A stretch of 64,000 nucleotides of DNA from Candidatus Levybacteria bacterium RIFCSPHIGHO2_01_FULL_40_16 (GTDB taxonomy: Bacteria > Patescibacteriota > Microgenomatia > Levybacterales > UBA12049): contig MFNS01000001.1 of the NCBI GenBank assembly GCA_001783805.1, positions 257,074 to 321,073 of the forward strand. Direction: 5' to 3'. Within the stretch, counting starts at the first letter, position 1. The number at the start of each line of letters is the position of its first letter. Below the pieces are notes generated by a model. The model did no database searches and had not been told where the DNA came from. It was given only the letters and a program-made list of their open reading frames with translations. Position numbers and translations under genes: made by a program. Positions 1 through 9,714 of the stretch are shown piece by piece.

Positions 1-803
1 TATGTATTTTTATGCCAACCGCAGAATTTAAATATGGATTTAAAACAGGAATTGATCTTACCAGAATAAACGAGTTATCCGATTATGTAGCAAAACACAA
101 TGGCTTTCCGGTACCGACAAACGCACCCTACAGAAAAGGCTCACTTACACATAAAGGCGGTGTACATGTCTCTGCACAGGAAAGAGGAGCAACGTATGAA
201 CATATAGATCCACGCTTGGTAGGCATATCTAGTCATTTTGAACACTCTGATCAGGGAGGCGGAGCAAATATCATTTCCATGGCTCAAAAACACGGATTAA
301 AACTGGATAAAGGTGATCCGAAAGTTAAAATTCTAGTTGATAAGATGAAGCAAAAACAAATTCTTGGTGACGCTCAGGAATTGTTATTATTGAATGAAGT
401 TTTATGTTTGAAGGATATAGAATTTACTGTCCTTCCCTCCAGCAAAACGGAAACATCAAAGATAGAAGGAGCCAAAGCATTGATAGACGTCTCTATCGAG
501 GGAAAAATATTTCATGCACAGGCTTCGGGAAACGGAGGACTAAATGCCTACGACATTGCCCTTAGAGCAGCCCTGTCGGAAAAATATCCCGAAGTTTTTG
601 AAATAAAACTTGTAGATTACAGGGTTGTCCTTCCTCCTCTTGAAGAACTAGGAACTGATGCTCTTGTAGAGGTGTATGTCGAATTATCTGCAGATGGAAA
701 TAACTGGACATCGAGAACCAGAAATGTCGATCAGCAATTAGCGAGTCAAGATGCCTTAGTTGAAGGATATCAATACTTTCTACTAAAAAACGCTCATGAA
801 TAG
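1..803 (+). CDS. 2-isopropylmalate/citramalate synthase family protein, C-terminal part (5' end lies outside the window)
   Basis: Translation has the catalytic-barrel C-terminal motif (THKGGVHVSAQERGATYEHIDPRLVG) followed by a LeuA-type regulatory/dimerisation domain. The ORF is open to the window edge, so the first Met is probably internal. Confidence 0.55.
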   Translation, partial: CIFMPTAEFKYGFKTGIDLTRINELSDYVAKHNGFPVPTNAPYRKGSLTHKGGVHVSAQERGATYEHIDPRLVGISSHFEHSDQGGGANIISMAQKHGLKLDKGDPKVKILVDKMKQKQILGDAQELLLLNEVLCLKDIEFTVLPSSKTETSKIEGAKALIDVSIEGKIFHAQASGNGGLNAYDIALRAALSEKYPEVFEIKLVDYRVVLPPLEELGTDALVEVYVELSADGNNWTSRTRNVDQQLASQDALVEGYQYFLLKNAHE

Positions 804-940
804 AATTTAGCTATTGCAATGATATCCCGAATATTATAGAATTTAATTGTAAAATGAAAATAAGATGCTTGTCAATTAATTTGGTTCTTCTCCTTACCCG
901 TTAGGGCGGGAGAAATTTTAGTGTAAAACACTAAAAGTAT

Positions 941-966
941 ACCCGCCACTAGGCGGGTTTTTTTGT
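941..966 (+). terminator. Rho-independent terminator
   Basis: A CCCGCC-ACTA-GGCGGG hairpin is followed by TTTTTTTGTG, immediately downstream of the leuA-like CDS. Confidence 0.55.
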
Positions 967-992
967 GTTCAAAAAAAAAGGAGGTGATTTAC

Positions 993-1172
993 ATGAAGGA
1001 AGGTAAAAATGGAAAAGGCACGGAGCAACAAAATACGGAAAATGCAAAAGATTTCGGTGAAATACCCGGCAGTGTCTTTTCAAAAAAAATGCCCCAACCG
1101 GAAAGCGTAATCAAAGAGACAACTCTCAACAATCCAAAAAGAAAAGAATGGGCTGAGAGCATAAATATTTAA
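993..1172 (+). CDS. small hydrophilic hypothetical protein (59 aa)
   Basis: An ATG sits 7 nt after a strong AAGGAGGTGA Shine-Dalgarno sequence. No recognisable domain. Confidence 0.35.
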   Translation: MKEGKNGKGTEQQNTENAKDFGEIPGSVFSKKMPQPESVIKETTLNNPKRKEWAESINI

Positions 1173-1212
1173 GAGATAACGTGAATATCAATATGCTATA
1201 ATTGCTGTGCGT

Positions 1213-1289
1213 GGGCTCATAGCTCAGTTGGTTAGAGCGTTACATTGACATTGTAAAGGTCAGAGGTTCGACTCCTCTTGGGCCCACCA
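1213..1289 (+). tRNA. tRNA-Val (anticodon GAC)
   Basis: Cloverleaf readable by eye: acceptor GGGCTCA/TGGGCCC, D-arm AGCTCAGTTGGTTAGAGC, anticodon stem TTACA/TGTAA with loop TTGACAT, T-arm GGTTCGACTCC, encoded CCA. Confidence 0.85.
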
Positions 1290-1326
1290 AATTTACAAAT
1301 TGACTCCCACCTGATAATATAAATTA

Positions 1327-2580
1327 ATGGATAACAAAGACAATAAAGCTCCGCTGAAAGACCACAGGCAGATTGGACAAGAGCTTGATTTATTTTCTTT
1401 TCATGATGTTGCCCCGGGCGCTGTTTTTTGGCACCCCAAGGGACTAGTAATTTACAAAGTCCTCGAGGAATTTATCAGAAAAGAAACGGAAAAAGAAGGC
1501 TATAAAGAAATTAGTACTCCGGTCATGGTTAAAAATTCTCTTTTCAAGCAATCTGGACATTGGGAACATTTTGGAAAGCATAATATGTTTAATCTCGCAA
1601 TCCATGAAGATGAAGAGATTGCCGAAGGCAAGATCGTACCCGAAGTAAATTATTCTCTAAAACCGATGAATTGCCCCGAGTCAACTCTTATTTATTCCAC
1701 TACAACACGGAGCTATCAAGATCTTCCGATTAAATTTTCAGACTACGGAATGCTGCACAGACGAGAACTTTCAGGAGTATTGGGTGGCTTGTTTAGACTA
1801 AGACAATTTACGATTGACGATGCGCATCTTTATGTCAAGCCTGACCAAATCCAAGAAGAAATACGTAAACTCTTAACGCTGGTAGTCAGATTTTATAAAT
1901 CTCTTAATTTCCAGCCGGAATTTTATTTTTCAACCAAACCGGACAAAGCAATGGGAGATCCAAAACTTTGGGATGAAGCGGAAAAAGATTTGGAGGAAGC
2001 ATTAAAAAGCGCAAAGGTTAAATACGGAATTAAGAAAAAAGACGGTGCGTTTTATGGACCTAAGATAGATATTCATATAAAAGATTCCCAAAATAGAGAC
2101 TGGCAACTTGCAACAATTCAATTAGATTTTCAAATTCCCGAAAAAATGGAACTTGAATACATAGATGCCGATGGAAAACCAAAAAGACCGGTTATGATTC
2201 ATCGGGCAATTTTTGGATCTTTTGAAAGGTTTATTGGGATCTTGACTGAACATTATCGGGGGGCTTTCCCACTGTGGTTATCTCCCGTGCAAGTTATTAT
2301 AATGCCGATCACGGATAAACAAGGATCTCACGCAAAAAAAATCGTAGAAGATCTAAAAAAAGAAGGAATCCGGGTGGAATTGGATAATCGTACTGAAAGA
2401 CTGCAGGCAAAAATCCGGGATGGGTCTTTGCAAAAAGTGCCGTATTTAGGTATAATAGGCGATAGGGAAATTGAGTCCTCAAGTATTTCTGTTCGAATGA
2501 GGAACGGAAAAGACTTGGGAAAACTTAAAATTTCTGATTTTTTACAAAAGTTAAAAGAAGAAATTGATAAGAAGATTTAA
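1327..2580 (+). CDS. thrS: threonyl-tRNA synthetase, short form (catalytic plus anticodon-binding domains only)
   Basis: Class II aaRS motifs and a ThrRS-like C-terminus (HRAIFGSFERFIGILTEHYRGAFPLWLSPVQVIIMPI). It is first in a conserved thrS-infC-rpmI-rplT arrangement. At 417 aa it lacks the N-terminal TGS and editing domains. Confidence 0.85.
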   Translation: MDNKDNKAPLKDHRQIGQELDLFSFHDVAPGAVFWHPKGLVIYKVLEEFIRKETEKEGYKEISTPVMVKNSLFKQSGHWEHFGKHNMFNLAIHEDEEIAEGKIVPEVNYSLKPMNCPESTLIYSTTTRSYQDLPIKFSDYGMLHRRELSGVLGGLFRLRQFTIDDAHLYVKPDQIQEEIRKLLTLVVRFYKSLNFQPEFYFSTKPDKAMGDPKLWDEAEKDLEEALKSAKVKYGIKKKDGAFYGPKIDIHIKDSQNRDWQLATIQLDFQIPEKMELEYIDADGKPKRPVMIHRAIFGSFERFIGILTEHYRGAFPLWLSPVQVIIMPITDKQGSHAKKIVEDLKKEGIRVELDNRTERLQAKIRDGSLQKVPYLGIIGDREIESSSISVRMRNGKDLGKLKISDFLQKLKEEIDKKI

Positions 2581-3130
2581 CAAAAAAAAGCAAGATAATA
2601 GGAAATTTTACCGGATTAACGAACGTATTTTTGCAAGTAATCTTCGGGTTTTGGACGCAGAAGGAAAACAAATTGGAATCTTAACCCGCTTCGATGCGCT
2701 GCAAAAAGCAAAAGAATTAGGAGTTGATTTGGTAGAAGTCGCACCAATGGCAAATCCTCCTGTTGTCAGGATAATCGACTTTAAGAAATTTCTATATCAG
2801 GAGTCAAAAAAGAAAAACGAAGAGAAAAAACGAAGTAAGGTATCGGAAACAAAAGAGATCCGGCTTGGACCCTTCATGAATGATCATGACCTAAGGACAA
2901 TGATCAGAAGGGGAACCGGATTTTTGGAAGATAACGACAAAGTAAGATTAATAGTCAAATTCATGGGACGGCAAATTGCCCACCCAGAATTTGGGGAAAA
3001 GCTAATGCAGAAAGTAATCAGCGCATTATCACCTTTTTCCAAACCTGAAAGAGAACCTCATTTTGAGGGAAAACAATTAATTGCGATTTTATCGCCGGAC
3101 AAAAAAAATAAAAATGAAAAAAAAGATTAA
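2564..3130 (+). CDS. infC: translation initiation factor IF-3
   Basis: IF3 N- and C-domain motifs (VRVIDAEGKQIGI, VDLVEVAPMANPPVVRIIDFKKFLY). The true start is probably a non-AUG codon, as is usual for infC; the coordinates are the maximal ORF. Confidence 0.8.
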   Translation: MIRRFNKKKQDNRKFYRINERIFASNLRVLDAEGKQIGILTRFDALQKAKELGVDLVEVAPMANPPVVRIIDFKKFLYQESKKKNEEKKRSKVSETKEIRLGPFMNDHDLRTMIRRGTGFLEDNDKVRLIVKFMGRQIAHPEFGEKLMQKVISALSPFSKPEREPHFEGKQLIAILSPDKKNKNEKKD

Positions 3131-3308
3131 GAATTCAGTCGGAAAAAGGTTTAAAGTTACCAAAAACGGTAAGGTGATGTTTTCGCATCAATATAAAGCT
3201 CATTTGAAGATTAATAAATCAGGTAGCAGATTGCGAAGACAGAAAGAACCGGGACAATTAAAAGGAAGATTCGCAAGAAAAATCAAACAAATACTGGGCG
3301 CAGCATAA
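3114..3308 (+). CDS. rpmI: 50S ribosomal protein L35
   Basis: Lys/Arg-rich, about 64 aa (MKKKIKNSVGKRFKVTKNGKV...), in the conserved position between infC and rplT. Confidence 0.8.
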   Translation: MKKKIKNSVGKRFKVTKNGKVMFSHQYKAHLKINKSGSRLRRQKEPGQLKGRFARKIKQILGAA

Positions 3309-3312
3309 TTAT

Positions 3313-3663
3313 ATGGCACACATTAAACGGGGGATGGTATCCCGAAGAAAACACAAAAAATTATTAAGCCTTGCAAAAGGATATCGCCAGAATAGAAGCA
3401 GAAATGTAAAGCAGGCAAAAGAAGCTGTTTTGCATGCGGGCGCATATGCATTTGTGGGAAGGAAAGCGAAGAAGAGAACGTTCAGAGCCTTATGGAATGT
3501 GAGAATTTCCGAAGCTGTAAAAAAAGAGGGATTATCCTACAGCGTATTTATGGGCAAACTTAAAAAAGCGAATGTTGGAATAGATAGGAAAATCTTAAGC
3601 AACTTGGTCGTCGAAGATCCCAAAACTTTCAAATCCATTATTGAAAGTGTTAAAAACGCGTAA
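3313..3663 (+). CDS. rplT: 50S ribosomal protein L20
   Basis: MAHIKRGMVSRRKHKKLLSLAKGYRQNRSR... matches L20 along its length. Confidence 0.9.
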   Translation: MAHIKRGMVSRRKHKKLLSLAKGYRQNRSRNVKQAKEAVLHAGAYAFVGRKAKKRTFRALWNVRISEAVKKEGLSYSVFMGKLKKANVGIDRKILSNLVVEDPKTFKSIIESVKNA

Positions 3664-3703
3664 TACCTTTCCTCAAAAACCCCAATGTGATATCCTAATA
3701 AGT

Positions 3704-4741
3704 ATGGAAGAAGAGTTGATGCAGATTAAAAATTCTGCGGTTTCAATGATCATTGAAGCTACGGATCAAAAAGAATTGGAAGAAATAAAGCTCCAGTTTT
3801 TGGGGCGTTCGGGAAAATTAACTCTGACTTTAAAAGAGATTGTAAAAGTTCCCGTGGAAAGACGGGCAGCGGTCGGTCAACTCGCCAACGAAGTGAAAAG
3901 AGTAATTGAGGAAACCATTAAGAATCATGAATCAAGAATTAAGAATCAAGAATCAAAAACAAAGATAGAGAAAATTGACGTAACAAATCCCGGAATCAAA
4001 CCCGATATTGGCCGCCTACATCCGCTGACGCAAGTTCTGTACGAAGTTGTAGATATATTCAAACAAATAGGCTTTCAGGTTGCAGACGGCCCAGAGATTG
4101 AAACGGATCATTATAATTTTGAAGTATTGAATATTCACAAAGACCATCCTGCACGCGATACGCAACAAACACTCTATCTTGATACACGCGGCTCAAAATC
4201 AGATCCAGGCAAAATAATTCTACGTACTCATGGCTCTAACATGCAGGGGAGAATTATGGAAACAACAAGGCCTCCCGTCCGAGCAATCTATCCTGGAAAA
4301 GTTTTCCGCTACGAACAGGTCGATGTCTCGCATGGATTTGAATTTTGGCAGTTAGAAGGGCTGGCTGTTGATAAAAATCTTACCTTGACTGACCTTTTTG
4401 GCACGATGTCTTATGTTATCAAAGAATTTTTTGGATTGGATACAAAAGTAAAATTCGTGTCCCATAATTTTCCATTCACCGAACCCTCTGCCGAAACATA
4501 TATGAGTTGCACTGTTTGCAAGGGAAAAGGGTGCTCTTTTTGCAAGCATTCCGGATGGGTAGAAATCTTAGGATGCGGTATGATTCATCCAAATGTATTA
4601 AAAGCCGTAGGCTATGATTCTCAAAAAGTATCGGGTTTCGCATGGGGAATGGGGTTCTCAAGAATGGTAACACTTAAATATCAAATGGACGATTTACGTC
4701 TTTTGACAAACCCTGATTTACGGATCCTAGAACAATTTTAA
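3704..4741 (+). CDS. pheS: phenylalanyl-tRNA synthetase alpha subunit
   Basis: Class II core (FRYEQVDVSHGFEFWQLEGL, FTEPSAE, GWVEILGCGMIHPNVL, GFAWGMGFSRM). The start was chosen at the Met just after rplT; the ORF track starts at 3641. Confidence 0.9.
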   Translation: MEEELMQIKNSAVSMIIEATDQKELEEIKLQFLGRSGKLTLTLKEIVKVPVERRAAVGQLANEVKRVIEETIKNHESRIKNQESKTKIEKIDVTNPGIKPDIGRLHPLTQVLYEVVDIFKQIGFQVADGPEIETDHYNFEVLNIHKDHPARDTQQTLYLDTRGSKSDPGKIILRTHGSNMQGRIMETTRPPVRAIYPGKVFRYEQVDVSHGFEFWQLEGLAVDKNLTLTDLFGTMSYVIKEFFGLDTKVKFVSHNFPFTEPSAETYMSCTVCKGKGCSFCKHSGWVEILGCGMIHPNVLKAVGYDSQKVSGFAWGMGFSRMVTLKYQMDDLRLLTNPDLRILEQF

Positions 4742-4762
4742 CAATGTAACAATTTAACAATT

Positions 4763-6649
4763 ATGTTGGTACCTTTATCTTGGCTCAAGGAATACGTTGA
4801 CATTACTTTAACCACAAAAGGATTGGGAGAAAAATTAACAGAGGTTGGACTTGGATGTGAAAAAATTATTAAAACATCCGATGACACAATCTTTGAATTG
4901 GAAATAACCCCAAACCGTTCTGATTGTTTATCAATTATTGGCGTAGCCCGTGAAGTCGCAGCCATTGAGAATAAAAAAATTAAACTCCCCCACCTTCGCC
5001 AAGGCTTCGGCGGGCAAGCCAAATTAAGAAAAATTTTGCCATTGACAATTAAAACCGATTTCAAAATAAACCCGCGATTTACAGGAATAATTATTACCGG
5101 AATCAAAGTAGGGGAGTCTCCTAAATGGCTGAAAGACAAATTGGTAAAAGTGAATCAACGGTCAATCAATAATATTGTTGACATCACAAACTATGTGATG
5201 CTGGAGCTGGGAAATCCTCTTCATACTTTTGATTATAACAAAATTGCAGGTCACATAATGACTGTTTCCCAAGCCAAAGGCGGGGAAAAATTCGAAAGTG
5301 TCGATGGTGTCATCTACCATTTGCCCAAAGATGCAGTGATTATTTCCGACAAGGAAAAAGTAATTGATCTTTGCGGAATAAAAGGCGGTAAGAATTCGGG
5401 GACATTTGGAGAAACAAAAAATATATTTATCCGAGTTCCGGTTGAAATTCCTAATTTGACAAGAAGAACCTCTCAAACATTAGGACTGCGATCTGAAGCC
5501 TCAAGTATTTTTGAAAGAGGAGTAAATACCGGCGGGACAATCGATACTTTAAAAAGAGCAGTTGACTTGGTTCTGGAAATAGCCGGAGGAGAAATCGCCA
5601 GCGAACTTTATGATATTAAAAGTGAAGATTTCAAACCCTGGAAATTGAAATTAAGAATTGAAAGGTTAAATGAAATTTTAGGAATTGAAATTGCGGATAA
5701 GAAAGTTTTAGGAATTCTTGAGACCTTAAATCTTTCTCCTGTTTTGAAAAACAATATCATTGAAACGACAATTCCCACCTACAGAAACGATTTAAAAATT
5801 GAAGAAGATTTGATTGAAGAAGTGGCAAGAATTTATGGTTACAATAATTTTCCCAAAACAATGCCAATTGGAGAAATTCCAACCAAACAAATTCCCTATT
5901 TTAAAGATTATAAATTAGATGAAAAGGTAAAAAATATCTTAACAGCTTCCGGATTTTCCGAAATTTACACCTACAGCTTAATTGGAGAAAAGGAACTGCC
6001 GCAAGGAATAAATTCACAAAACCTTCTTCGCGTAGACAATCCTGTCAGCCGTGATTTTGAATATTTACGGCCAACTCTAAAAATCAATCTAATAAAAGCT
6101 CTCTCGCAAAATAAATCCAATTTTGAAAAAATTAATCTTTTTGAACTGGGAAAAGTCTATTTGGGAAAAAATTTAGATGAAGCGAAAGAAGCATATTTTC
6201 TTTCAGGCATTACAAACAATAAAAACTTCTTCGAGGTTAAAGGACTCCTTGAGGCAATTTTTAAAGACTTAGGTATCAAAATGGATCCAACTAAATATAT
6301 CGAGATATTAAGTGAAGGAATTTTCTTTGAGTTAAATTATTCTGAAATTTTGAAAAATATAAATTTAAATAAAACTTTTAAGCCCCTACCGAAATATCCG
6401 CCAATTGTTGAAGATCTATCAATTATTGCAGGAGAAAATATTATGACGTCGGATTTAATTTCGGGAATAAAGAATCAAAGCTCTATAATTGCAAATGTTT
6501 CACTTCTTGATCAATTCGAAGATTCAAGAACATTCCACATTGTTTATCAAGATGAAAATAGGAATTTAACCGGAGAAGAAGTTGCCAGAATCCGCTCTAA
6601 AATCCTCAAATCCCTCCAAGCAAAATTCCACGCAGAATTAAAAGGATAA
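4763..6649 (+). CDS. pheT: phenylalanyl-tRNA synthetase beta subunit, reduced form
   Basis: Typical PheT N-terminus (MLVPLSWLKEYVDI), a B3/4 start (ITPNRSDCLSIIGVAREVA) and a B8-like C-terminus. At 628 aa it appears to lack the B2 OB-fold tRNA-binding domain. Confidence 0.85.
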   Translation: MLVPLSWLKEYVDITLTTKGLGEKLTEVGLGCEKIIKTSDDTIFELEITPNRSDCLSIIGVAREVAAIENKKIKLPHLRQGFGGQAKLRKILPLTIKTDFKINPRFTGIIITGIKVGESPKWLKDKLVKVNQRSINNIVDITNYVMLELGNPLHTFDYNKIAGHIMTVSQAKGGEKFESVDGVIYHLPKDAVIISDKEKVIDLCGIKGGKNSGTFGETKNIFIRVPVEIPNLTRRTSQTLGLRSEASSIFERGVNTGGTIDTLKRAVDLVLEIAGGEIASELYDIKSEDFKPWKLKLRIERLNEILGIEIADKKVLGILETLNLSPVLKNNIIETTIPTYRNDLKIEEDLIEEVARIYGYNNFPKTMPIGEIPTKQIPYFKDYKLDEKVKNILTASGFSEIYTYSLIGEKELPQGINSQNLLRVDNPVSRDFEYLRPTLKINLIKALSQNKSNFEKINLFELGKVYLGKNLDEAKEAYFLSGITNNKNFFEVKGLLEAIFKDLGIKMDPTKYIEILSEGIFFELNYSEILKNINLNKTFKPLPKYPPIVEDLSIIAGENIMTSDLISGIKNQSSIIANVSLLDQFEDSRTFHIVYQDENRNLTGEEVARIRSKILKSLQAKFHAELKG

Positions 6650-6658
6650 ATCGCAAGT

Positions 6659-6687
6659 TTGTGCAATATCCCGCGATATGGTAATAT
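6659..6687 (+). promoter_or_regulatory. sigma70-like promoter (-35 TTGTGC, 17-nt spacer, extended -10 TGgTAATAT)
   Basis: The hexamers and spacing were read directly. It lies 12 nt upstream of the ATG at 6700, implying a near-leaderless mRNA. Confidence 0.3.
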
Positions 6688-6699
6688 GTTTTCCGCCCT

Positions 6700-7227
6700 A
6701 TGGTAGAAGCAAAAAAAGCCGCTATCGTCCGCCATATTGAACAATCGTTAGCTAAAGAAGTTATAGCGGATACTATAATGAACCATGTAAAAACCCGCGT
6801 TATGTCATTTTTTCAAGGAGTAGATTTGGACAAGGTAGGTACGACTCAACAGGATTTACTGACTATAAAAACATCAATTTACGAACGATTTGCGGATCAG
6901 CCTCGGACTATCGCTAATATCGCTTCTATAAATGGAATTCCAGTCGCCAAATATGAACGTATGGCTGATAAGTGGCCAAGATATGGCAGTGGCAAACTCG
7001 TGCAACAGAAGTGGTATACGCTGAGAGGAGAAAAACCAAATCCTAACGGCTATACGGGAGAGTGCTATGCAGGAGAGTATATAGGAATAATGTTCGCAGA
7101 AGGCGAGGATGAAGGACAAAAACTTTCCAGATTGTATATAGACGGGCAAGAAAAATCTGGACCGCCAGGCATATTCAGCGTGAAAGAACTCAAGTCTATC
7201 GCTGCCGTTTTCAGAATAAAGCCATAG
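6700..7227 (+). CDS. hypothetical protein (175 aa)
   Basis: Long ORF with no recognisable motif. Confidence 0.45.
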   Translation: MVEAKKAAIVRHIEQSLAKEVIADTIMNHVKTRVMSFFQGVDLDKVGTTQQDLLTIKTSIYERFADQPRTIANIASINGIPVAKYERMADKWPRYGSGKLVQQKWYTLRGEKPNPNGYTGECYAGEYIGIMFAEGEDEGQKLSRLYIDGQEKSGPPGIFSVKELKSIAAVFRIKP

Positions 7228-7230
7228 TCT

Positions 7231-9630
7231 CTAGGGAGTTGGCGTTAACGTTATTGTTGGGATAGGAGTATCAGTTGGTGTTGGAGTCGGAGTCGCATCG
7301 GGAATAATTCTAGTTGATGTTTCGGTTGGGGGATGATATTGCGAATCGTCTTTGTGATTATCCGCAACCCATTGATCAATTCCTTCCTGCCAGCGGTTTT
7401 TTCCGTCCGTAGATACCGGGTCATCTTCGTGAAAAACAATAAATTTCTTGGTGTCATATTCATTGTGGTCAATTTCGCTCTGGCTGGCAATTTTATTACT
7501 GTCTTTTGAGACTTTAATTGTTTTATAGATTATGCTTGGCCCTTGTGGTTCTGTTCCTTTAATAAAATATTCCGAACGGGTTGACTGACCGTCAACAGGC
7601 AGCCCTCCGCCAAGAGCATCTATTGTGACTGCAATAACATCGTCAGGTTTTACAAAATTTTCAGAAGGTTTATTCCTCAAAGCCTCCAGGATTATCCGTC
7701 TCCAAATCGGCGCTGCTCCCGTTACTCCGGACGCAACCTGACCCATCGGACTGTTATCATTATTTCCAACCCATGTTGCCACCAAAACGCTTGGCGTCCA
7801 GCCGATTGTCCAGTTATCTCTTTTGTCATCGGTTGTTCCGGTTTTTACCGCGATCGTCTGCCCTGACACATTCAGATAACTGTTCACGCCGAAAGTAATT
7901 AGACGGGCATTATTATCCAAAAGCATATGGGAAATAATAAACGCAACTTCCGGACTAAGTACCTGCTTTTTGCTTACTTCTTTTTGCTCAAATAAAACTT
8001 TTCCCTTCGGATCCGTAACTTTGAGAATTGCAACCGGCTCGCTCTTAAAACCCTGATTTGCAAAGGCAGTGTAAGCTGCGGCTAATTCGAGTGGCCTCAC
8101 CTCTCCTCCTCCCAACGTTAAGGACAAGCCAAAACGGTTTACGTTGTCATTTGTTGGAGCAAGTGTACTTATTCCCATGTTATAAGCCGTAGTTAACATA
8201 TTTTTAATTCCAACCATCCCCAGTAATTTCACTGCAGGCATATTTATTGAACTACCCAGTGCGAACCTTAGCTGAAGAGGCCCGTGAAATTTTCCATCAT
8301 AGTTTTTGGGGACGTAATCCTTTTCCTGTCCGCCGCCCGGGAAGGCAGTTGGCGCGTCCATTATTAAAGTTGACGCAGTGTACCCTTTTTCCAGTGCCGT
8401 AGCATAAGTAATGGGCTTAATTGATGAACCGGGCTGGCGCAGCGCCTGGGTTATTACGTTGAATTGTCCGCCTTTTAACGGAGCATTTGTTTTTTTGTCC
8501 GGTTCTTCGAAAAAATCCCGACTTCCGACCATTGCGAGAATTTCTCCATTCTTGGGATCTAGGACAACGCTCGCGCCATTTCCAACCAGAAGGCTTCTAG
8601 CGTTTTGCACTTCTTCTTTAACAATTTCCTCTGCTTTTTCTTCTAATTTATAATCCAGCGTTGTTGTTACCTGCAGTCCCCCTTGTTCCACCACATTTTC
8701 ACCAAACTGTTTTACTAATAAGTCTCTAACATAAAAAGAAAAATGCGGAGCTTTTATTGCCTGTGTTTCCTTCAAAAAGTCAACATTTGGCAATCTCTTT
8801 ATCGTATCCAATTCCTGTTTTTTGGTAATATAACCATCCTCCTGCATTCTCCGCAATACTTCTTTGCTTCTCTCAATATATGCTTTCGAATTCTGTCCGT
8901 ATGGAGAGAAATAAGATGGTCTTTGGGGAAGACCTGCCATGATTACCGATTCCAGTAGGTCTAAATCTTTTGCCTTTTTTCCAAAATACCTTTCCGCTGC
9001 CGCCTCGACCCCAACTGCCGTTCCACCATAAGGAGTCGCATTGAGATATAGTTCAAGAATCTGATTTTTTGTATAATTTCTGTCAACCTGAATCGCCAAA
9101 ATAAATTCTTTAACTTTACGGGCAATGGTTTGCTCGGAAGTTAAGAGGGTATTTTTAACTAACTGTTGAGTTAAAGTTGAACCTCCGCCGGCTATTCTTC
9201 GGCTTAATATTGCATTCCTGAACGCCCTCAAATAACCCGTAATTGAAAACCCTTGATTTTTATAAAAATCCTTATCCTCTATCGCAATTGTTGCCTCCTG
9301 CAGAGTTTTTGGAATTTGGTCCAAAGCTATGTAGGTGCGATTTTGGTCTTTAAAGATATCGTAAAGTAAGATTCCGTTTCGATCGAAAATTTTCGTAGAT
9401 TGAGAAAAATTACTGGCTGACAATTTTCCGGGCGTTGGTAAATCGCGGCTAAACCAAATAAACATTATGAATGCAACTGCAAAAAGCCCAACCAGACCAA
9501 AGAAAGCTAGTTTGGCAATTTTACTGTAAAGATAGATGTTCGAAGGGTACCTAAGTCGTCGTCTGGATCTCCAATATCTTCCAAAGAAAACCATGAATAG
9601 ATTATATACCACTCCGCTTTGAATTTGCAA
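7231..9630 (-). CDS. penicillin-binding protein 1A (bifunctional transglycosylase/transpeptidase)
   Basis: N-terminal TM segment, GT51 motifs (EDKDFYKNQG, GGSTLTQQLVKN, RKVKEFILA), transpeptidase motifs (SSIKP, SGN, KTGTT) and a Pro/Thr-rich C-terminal tail (TPTPTPTDTPIPTITLTPTP). Confidence 0.85.
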   Translation of the reverse strand: MQIQSGVVYNLFMVFFGRYWRSRRRLRYPSNIYLYSKIAKLAFFGLVGLFAVAFIMFIWFSRDLPTPGKLSASNFSQSTKIFDRNGILLYDIFKDQNRTYIALDQIPKTLQEATIAIEDKDFYKNQGFSITGYLRAFRNAILSRRIAGGGSTLTQQLVKNTLLTSEQTIARKVKEFILAIQVDRNYTKNQILELYLNATPYGGTAVGVEAAAERYFGKKAKDLDLLESVIMAGLPQRPSYFSPYGQNSKAYIERSKEVLRRMQEDGYITKKQELDTIKRLPNVDFLKETQAIKAPHFSFYVRDLLVKQFGENVVEQGGLQVTTTLDYKLEEKAEEIVKEEVQNARSLLVGNGASVVLDPKNGEILAMVGSRDFFEEPDKKTNAPLKGGQFNVITQALRQPGSSIKPITYATALEKGYTASTLIMDAPTAFPGGGQEKDYVPKNYDGKFHGPLQLRFALGSSINMPAVKLLGMVGIKNMLTTAYNMGISTLAPTNDNVNRFGLSLTLGGGEVRPLELAAAYTAFANQGFKSEPVAILKVTDPKGKVLFEQKEVSKKQVLSPEVAFIISHMLLDNNARLITFGVNSYLNVSGQTIAVKTGTTDDKRDNWTIGWTPSVLVATWVGNNDNSPMGQVASGVTGAAPIWRRIILEALRNKPSENFVKPDDVIAVTIDALGGGLPVDGQSTRSEYFIKGTEPQGPSIIYKTIKVSKDSNKIASQSEIDHNEYDTKKFIVFHEDDPVSTDGKNRWQEGIDQWVADNHKDDSQYHPPTETSTRIIPDATPTPTPTDTPIPTITLTPTP

Positions 9631-9714
9631 AAATTTGGTATATGCCTCCGAAGCCCCGCTTAGCGGGGCGAAGGGGCATACAACTTTTAGACAATATTAT
9701 GCTATACTTTAGCC

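Noticed and set aside
4352-5476. Several 60-130-aa ORFs antisense to pheS and pheT. Similar ones lie inside recG (12216-12752), PBP1A (8411-8958), gyrA and hppA.
   Set aside because: They sit fully within strongly supported housekeeping CDSs on the opposite strand and carry no motifs. This is typical spurious antisense ORF noise in AT-rich DNA.
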